A DNA stretch of 64,000 nucleotides from Thermodesulfobacteriota bacterium (GTDB lineage Bacteria > Desulfobacterota_D > UBA1144 > Nemesobacterales > Mycalebacteriaceae): contig CBDAQI010000012.1 in the NCBI GenBank assembly GCA_965198945.1, forward strand, positions 83,964 through 147,963, read 5' to 3'. Both the position numbers and the translations under genes were made by a program. Of this stretch, positions 61,208 through 64,000 are shown piece by piece. How positions within the stretch are numbered: position 1 is the stretch's first letter; every line of letters starts with the position of its first letter. Under the pieces are notes generated by a model. That model was not told the origin of the DNA and searched no databases. It saw only the letters and a program-made list of their open reading frames with translations.

Positions 61208-61301
61208 AGGGGACGGCGGAGGCAGCGTCCGGAAATCAGACGGTATTCACCCATCTTCCATTACAAGAGTGTTTTTCGTATAATTCAGTGATTAAAGGCA
61301 A

Positions 61302-62387
61302 ATGGATCCCATTTCACAAGCAGTGCTCGGCGCCGCGGCGGCGCAAAACATAGCAGTGCGGCAAAAACATCTTGGGCTTGCGGCTCTGCTCGGCGCTTTG
61401 TCAGCAATGGCGCCGGATTTGGACATTTTAATCAGTTCCTCCGAAGACCCTTTGCTGTCCATGGAGTATCATCGCCATTTCACACACTCGCTGATATTCA
61501 TTCCCGCGGGCGGGGCGGTCTGCGCCTTGCTTCTTCATCCCATTGCAAGGCGGCTCTCTGAAAATGGCATCTCTGCGCGCCGGACCTTTCTCTATTGTAT
61601 TGCCGGTTATGCAACCCACCCGTTTCTGGATGCCTGCACCTCATATGGAACTCAGTTGTTGTGGCCGTTCTCAGATATGAGGGTTGCCTGGGGAAACATT
61701 TCAATAGTTGACCCTTTGTTCACAATACCCCTGGTTTTTCTGGTAATTGCCGCTTCCTTCTCAAAGATGGGCTATGCGCGCGCGGCGGCTGTTTGGGCGG
61801 CGGTGTATTTATGCTTCGGTTTTGTTCAAAAGGAACGCGCCGAAGCGGCCGTGCTTGGAATGGCTTCGGGACTCGGAGATAAACCGGAGAAAGTTTTCTC
61901 AACACCGCGACTTGGGAACATGTTTCTGTGGCGAGTTATTTATGAAAAAGAGGGGGGATTTCAAACAAATACGGTGCGGGTTGTGAGAGACAGCACGGCA
62001 GTTACGAGCGGCCGTGTGGAAAAAACGATTGTTGCACGCGACTTTCCATGGTTGTGGCCGGATTCTCAGCAGGCGCGCGACCTTGAAAGATTCCGCTGGT
62101 TTTCCGGAGGCTTTATCGCATCTCACCCGGACTATCCGGACAGTGTAATAGATGTGCGCTATTCGGCTCCGCCGCAAAAAACCGTGCCGCTCCGTATTAT
62201 AAGCCTTAACCCCCGGGCGGCGCCCGGCGAGCATGTCCAATACAGATGGGTAAGATTTGAAAATTTCACTGTGCGGGAAATAATCTCGGAGTGGTGGAAG
62301 ACAATAACGGGAAAGCGCCCGCCGGAGGAAGAAATGCATCTTCAAATCGGCGCGGAAAACAAAAAAACCGCGCCCGTGTTAAAATAG
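61302..62387 (+). CDS. Membrane-bound metal-dependent hydrolase (YdjM/DUF457-like)
   Basis: Motifs MDPISQ, PDLD, HRHFTHSL, HPFLDACTSYGT and IVDP; TATAAT at 61279. Confidence 0.85.
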   Translation: MDPISQAVLGAAAAQNIAVRQKHLGLAALLGALSAMAPDLDILISSSEDPLLSMEYHRHFTHSLIFIPAGGAVCALLLHPIARRLSENGISARRTFLYCIAGYATHPFLDACTSYGTQLLWPFSDMRVAWGNISIVDPLFTIPLVFLVIAASFSKMGYARAAAVWAAVYLCFGFVQKERAEAAVLGMASGLGDKPEKVFSTPRLGNMFLWRVIYEKEGGFQTNTVRVVRDSTAVTSGRVEKTIVARDFPWLWPDSQQARDLERFRWFSGGFIASHPDYPDSVIDVRYSAPPQKTVPLRIISLNPRAAPGEHVQYRWVRFENFTVREIISEWWKTITGKRPPEEEMHLQIGAENKKTAPVLK

Positions 62388-62391
62388 CGGA

Positions 62392-62763
62392 ATGAAATTC
62401 TGCACCGCCATAAACTGTATGGACGGAAGAGCTCAGTTGCCCGTCATTGACTATCTGAAAAAACGGTTCGGCGCCGATTATGTTGACTGTGTAACCGAGG
62501 CCGGGCAAGACTTGATTGTGTCTGAGCATGACCCCAGGCGTATTGAAGCGACTCTCAGGTGTGTTCAAATCTCAGTTGACAGACACGGGTCAACACAAAT
62601 TGCAATCGCCGGGCATCACGACTGCGCGGGAAATCCGGTTTCGGAAGAAAAGCATATGGAACATATAAGAGAAGCGGTGCGGTTTTTAAGAACACATTTT
62701 GCCGGCAAGGAAATCATCGGTCTGTGGGTTGATGAAAACTGGGAAGTAAAAGAAGTTGCATGA
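62392..62763 (+). CDS. Small putative carbonic anhydrase (beta-CA-like)
   Basis: CMDGR and GHHDCAG match the CxDxR...HxxC zinc ligand set. Confidence 0.7.
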   Translation: MKFCTAINCMDGRAQLPVIDYLKKRFGADYVDCVTEAGQDLIVSEHDPRRIEATLRCVQISVDRHGSTQIAIAGHHDCAGNPVSEEKHMEHIREAVRFLRTHFAGKEIIGLWVDENWEVKEVA

Positions 62764-62850
62764 GGGAAAAACAAGGCGCTTAACCGCTAAGAGCGAAGGC
62801 GGAATCAGTTCTGCTGTTTCTTTAAAAAAATCAAGACTGGGAAACCCCTT

Positions 62851-62992
62851 GTCATTTCCGCGAAAGCCTGTTCTCGTGGAAACGGGGCGGGAATCAAGAA
62901 TAGTGATGAGAATGCCTTTCTTTCCAGTCATTCCCATCTTTTCCGTCATTCCCACGAAAGTGGGAATCCGGCATGACTATGAGAATGCCTTT
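62851..62992. repeat. REP-like palindrome pair with a 14-bp direct repeat
   Basis: Nested copy at 62851-62895 and simple ATTCCC-ACGAAAGT-GGGAAT at 62948-62967; each is followed by ATGAGAATGCCTTT. Confidence 0.78.
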
Positions 62993-63976
62993 TTGACACC
63001 GGAGCAGCAGCAAGCCCTTTTATCTCTGGGTCAGAGACCGGGAGATCTGGAAGAAACCACTGTTTGGGAAGCCATACAGGAACTGAGAGATGAGGGCCTT
63101 GTAAGCGATGGCATGGGTTCCTGGGGCCAACTCCAAATCGGTGAAAATGCGGCTTCACAACCGGGAAGTCTTTCACTGGGGAAAAGCAGTGTTGTCGGAG
63201 CGGAGAGAGGCACGGCCGTAGGAGACAACACTTTTGTCAACGGTTCGGAAAGTGTCGCAATAGGGCAGGGAGCGCGAGCCTGTGCCGCTGAAGAAGGAGG
63301 TGAAATTCCGGGTTGCAGGGCGGCAATAGCTCTTGGACAAAACGCTGCGGCTATTCAGTTAAAGGCAATAGCGATAGGCCAGGAAACAACTGCGATGCAC
63401 GAAAACTCAATAGCGATAGGTTCGTGCGTTTCCACAACCGCGGACAACCAGGTTATTATCGGCGATGAAGACCAGCATGTTGTTCTTAAACCGCTCGCCG
63501 ACTCATCGGCTGAAGCGCCGGAACACAGGCTCGTCACGGTGGCAAAGACGGGAGAACTTGTGGCGCAGGAGTCATTTCAAATCAAAACGGTGGTGGACCC
63601 GAGCGAGGGAGACTATATCATTTCCACAGGGCTGGACGCCAGAATTGCGGGGGTTGAAAGCGATATTGACAGTCTTCAGAAGGGACTTCAGAACACTGAC
63701 GGGAAAGTCAGATCCCTGGAAACAAAAATTAAACGGGGATTGGCGGTATCTTCGGCGCTTTCATCGCTCAAATTCTTCTCCGAAGAAGACAAGAGGTTTT
63801 CCGTTTCAGCCGGAGTCGGATACTCGGACAGCGAAACGGCTTTCGGTGTGGGGGTCGGAGCCAAAATCGCGGGGACGGAGAAAGTAAGCGTTTATCTTAC
63901 GGGACAGTTTGGTTTCTCAGGGTTTGAATCGGATGATTCAAAACAAGGTGGCGGAAGCCTTAACTTTAACTTCTAG
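62990..63976 (+). pseudogene. 5'-truncated YadA-family adhesin 3' cassette (last head, neck, coiled coil, anchor)
   Basis: Collinear with the last ~350 aa of the large adhesin (TVWEAI, IPGCRAA, KIKRGLAVSSALSSL, DSKQGGGSLN). No signal peptide; the upstream part of the ORF is REP-derived. Confidence 0.75.
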
Positions 63977-64000
63977 GGGCCGGGCCATATACACGGTGTA

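Noticed and set aside
62756..62989. N-terminal ~78 aa of the 406-aa ORF as a real adhesin leader
   Set aside because: It is translated from REP and intergenic sequence, is proline-rich, and lacks a credible signal peptide.

Overview
A 64-kb bacterial chromosome segment of roughly balanced GC, made mostly of housekeeping genes: nrnA-truB-rpsO-pnp-miaA, mtnP, rsmG, addAB, a DtxR/MntR-regulated metal ABC operon, def, tpiA, secG, nth, pckA, fumC, trxA, hisS and three tRNAs. The taxon cannot be fixed from sequence alone. There are three accessory areas. (1) A small surface-polysaccharide cluster at 5.4-10.7 kb. (2) A complete type II-C CRISPR-Cas locus at 14.1-19.0 kb: an array of five 36-nt repeats with spacers in A-B-A-B order, cas2, cas1, a cas9 split by two +1 frameshifts in A8 runs (reconstructs to 1045 aa with intact catalytic motifs), and a clear tracrRNA. 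(3) A giant multi-head trimeric autotransporter adhesin at 55.2-60.8 kb, frameshifted just before its anchor, with an inverted 5'-truncated second copy of its 3' end at 63.0-64.0 kb. This layout could swap adhesin C-termini by inversion or gene conversion. A family of CGTC-tagged, dRS3-like palindromes that nest inside each other lies next to the CRISPR array, upstream of the adhesin and at the truncation point of the second copy. Single-base indels occur in three unrelated genes, so sequencing or assembly error must be excluded before any frameshift is treated as biological.
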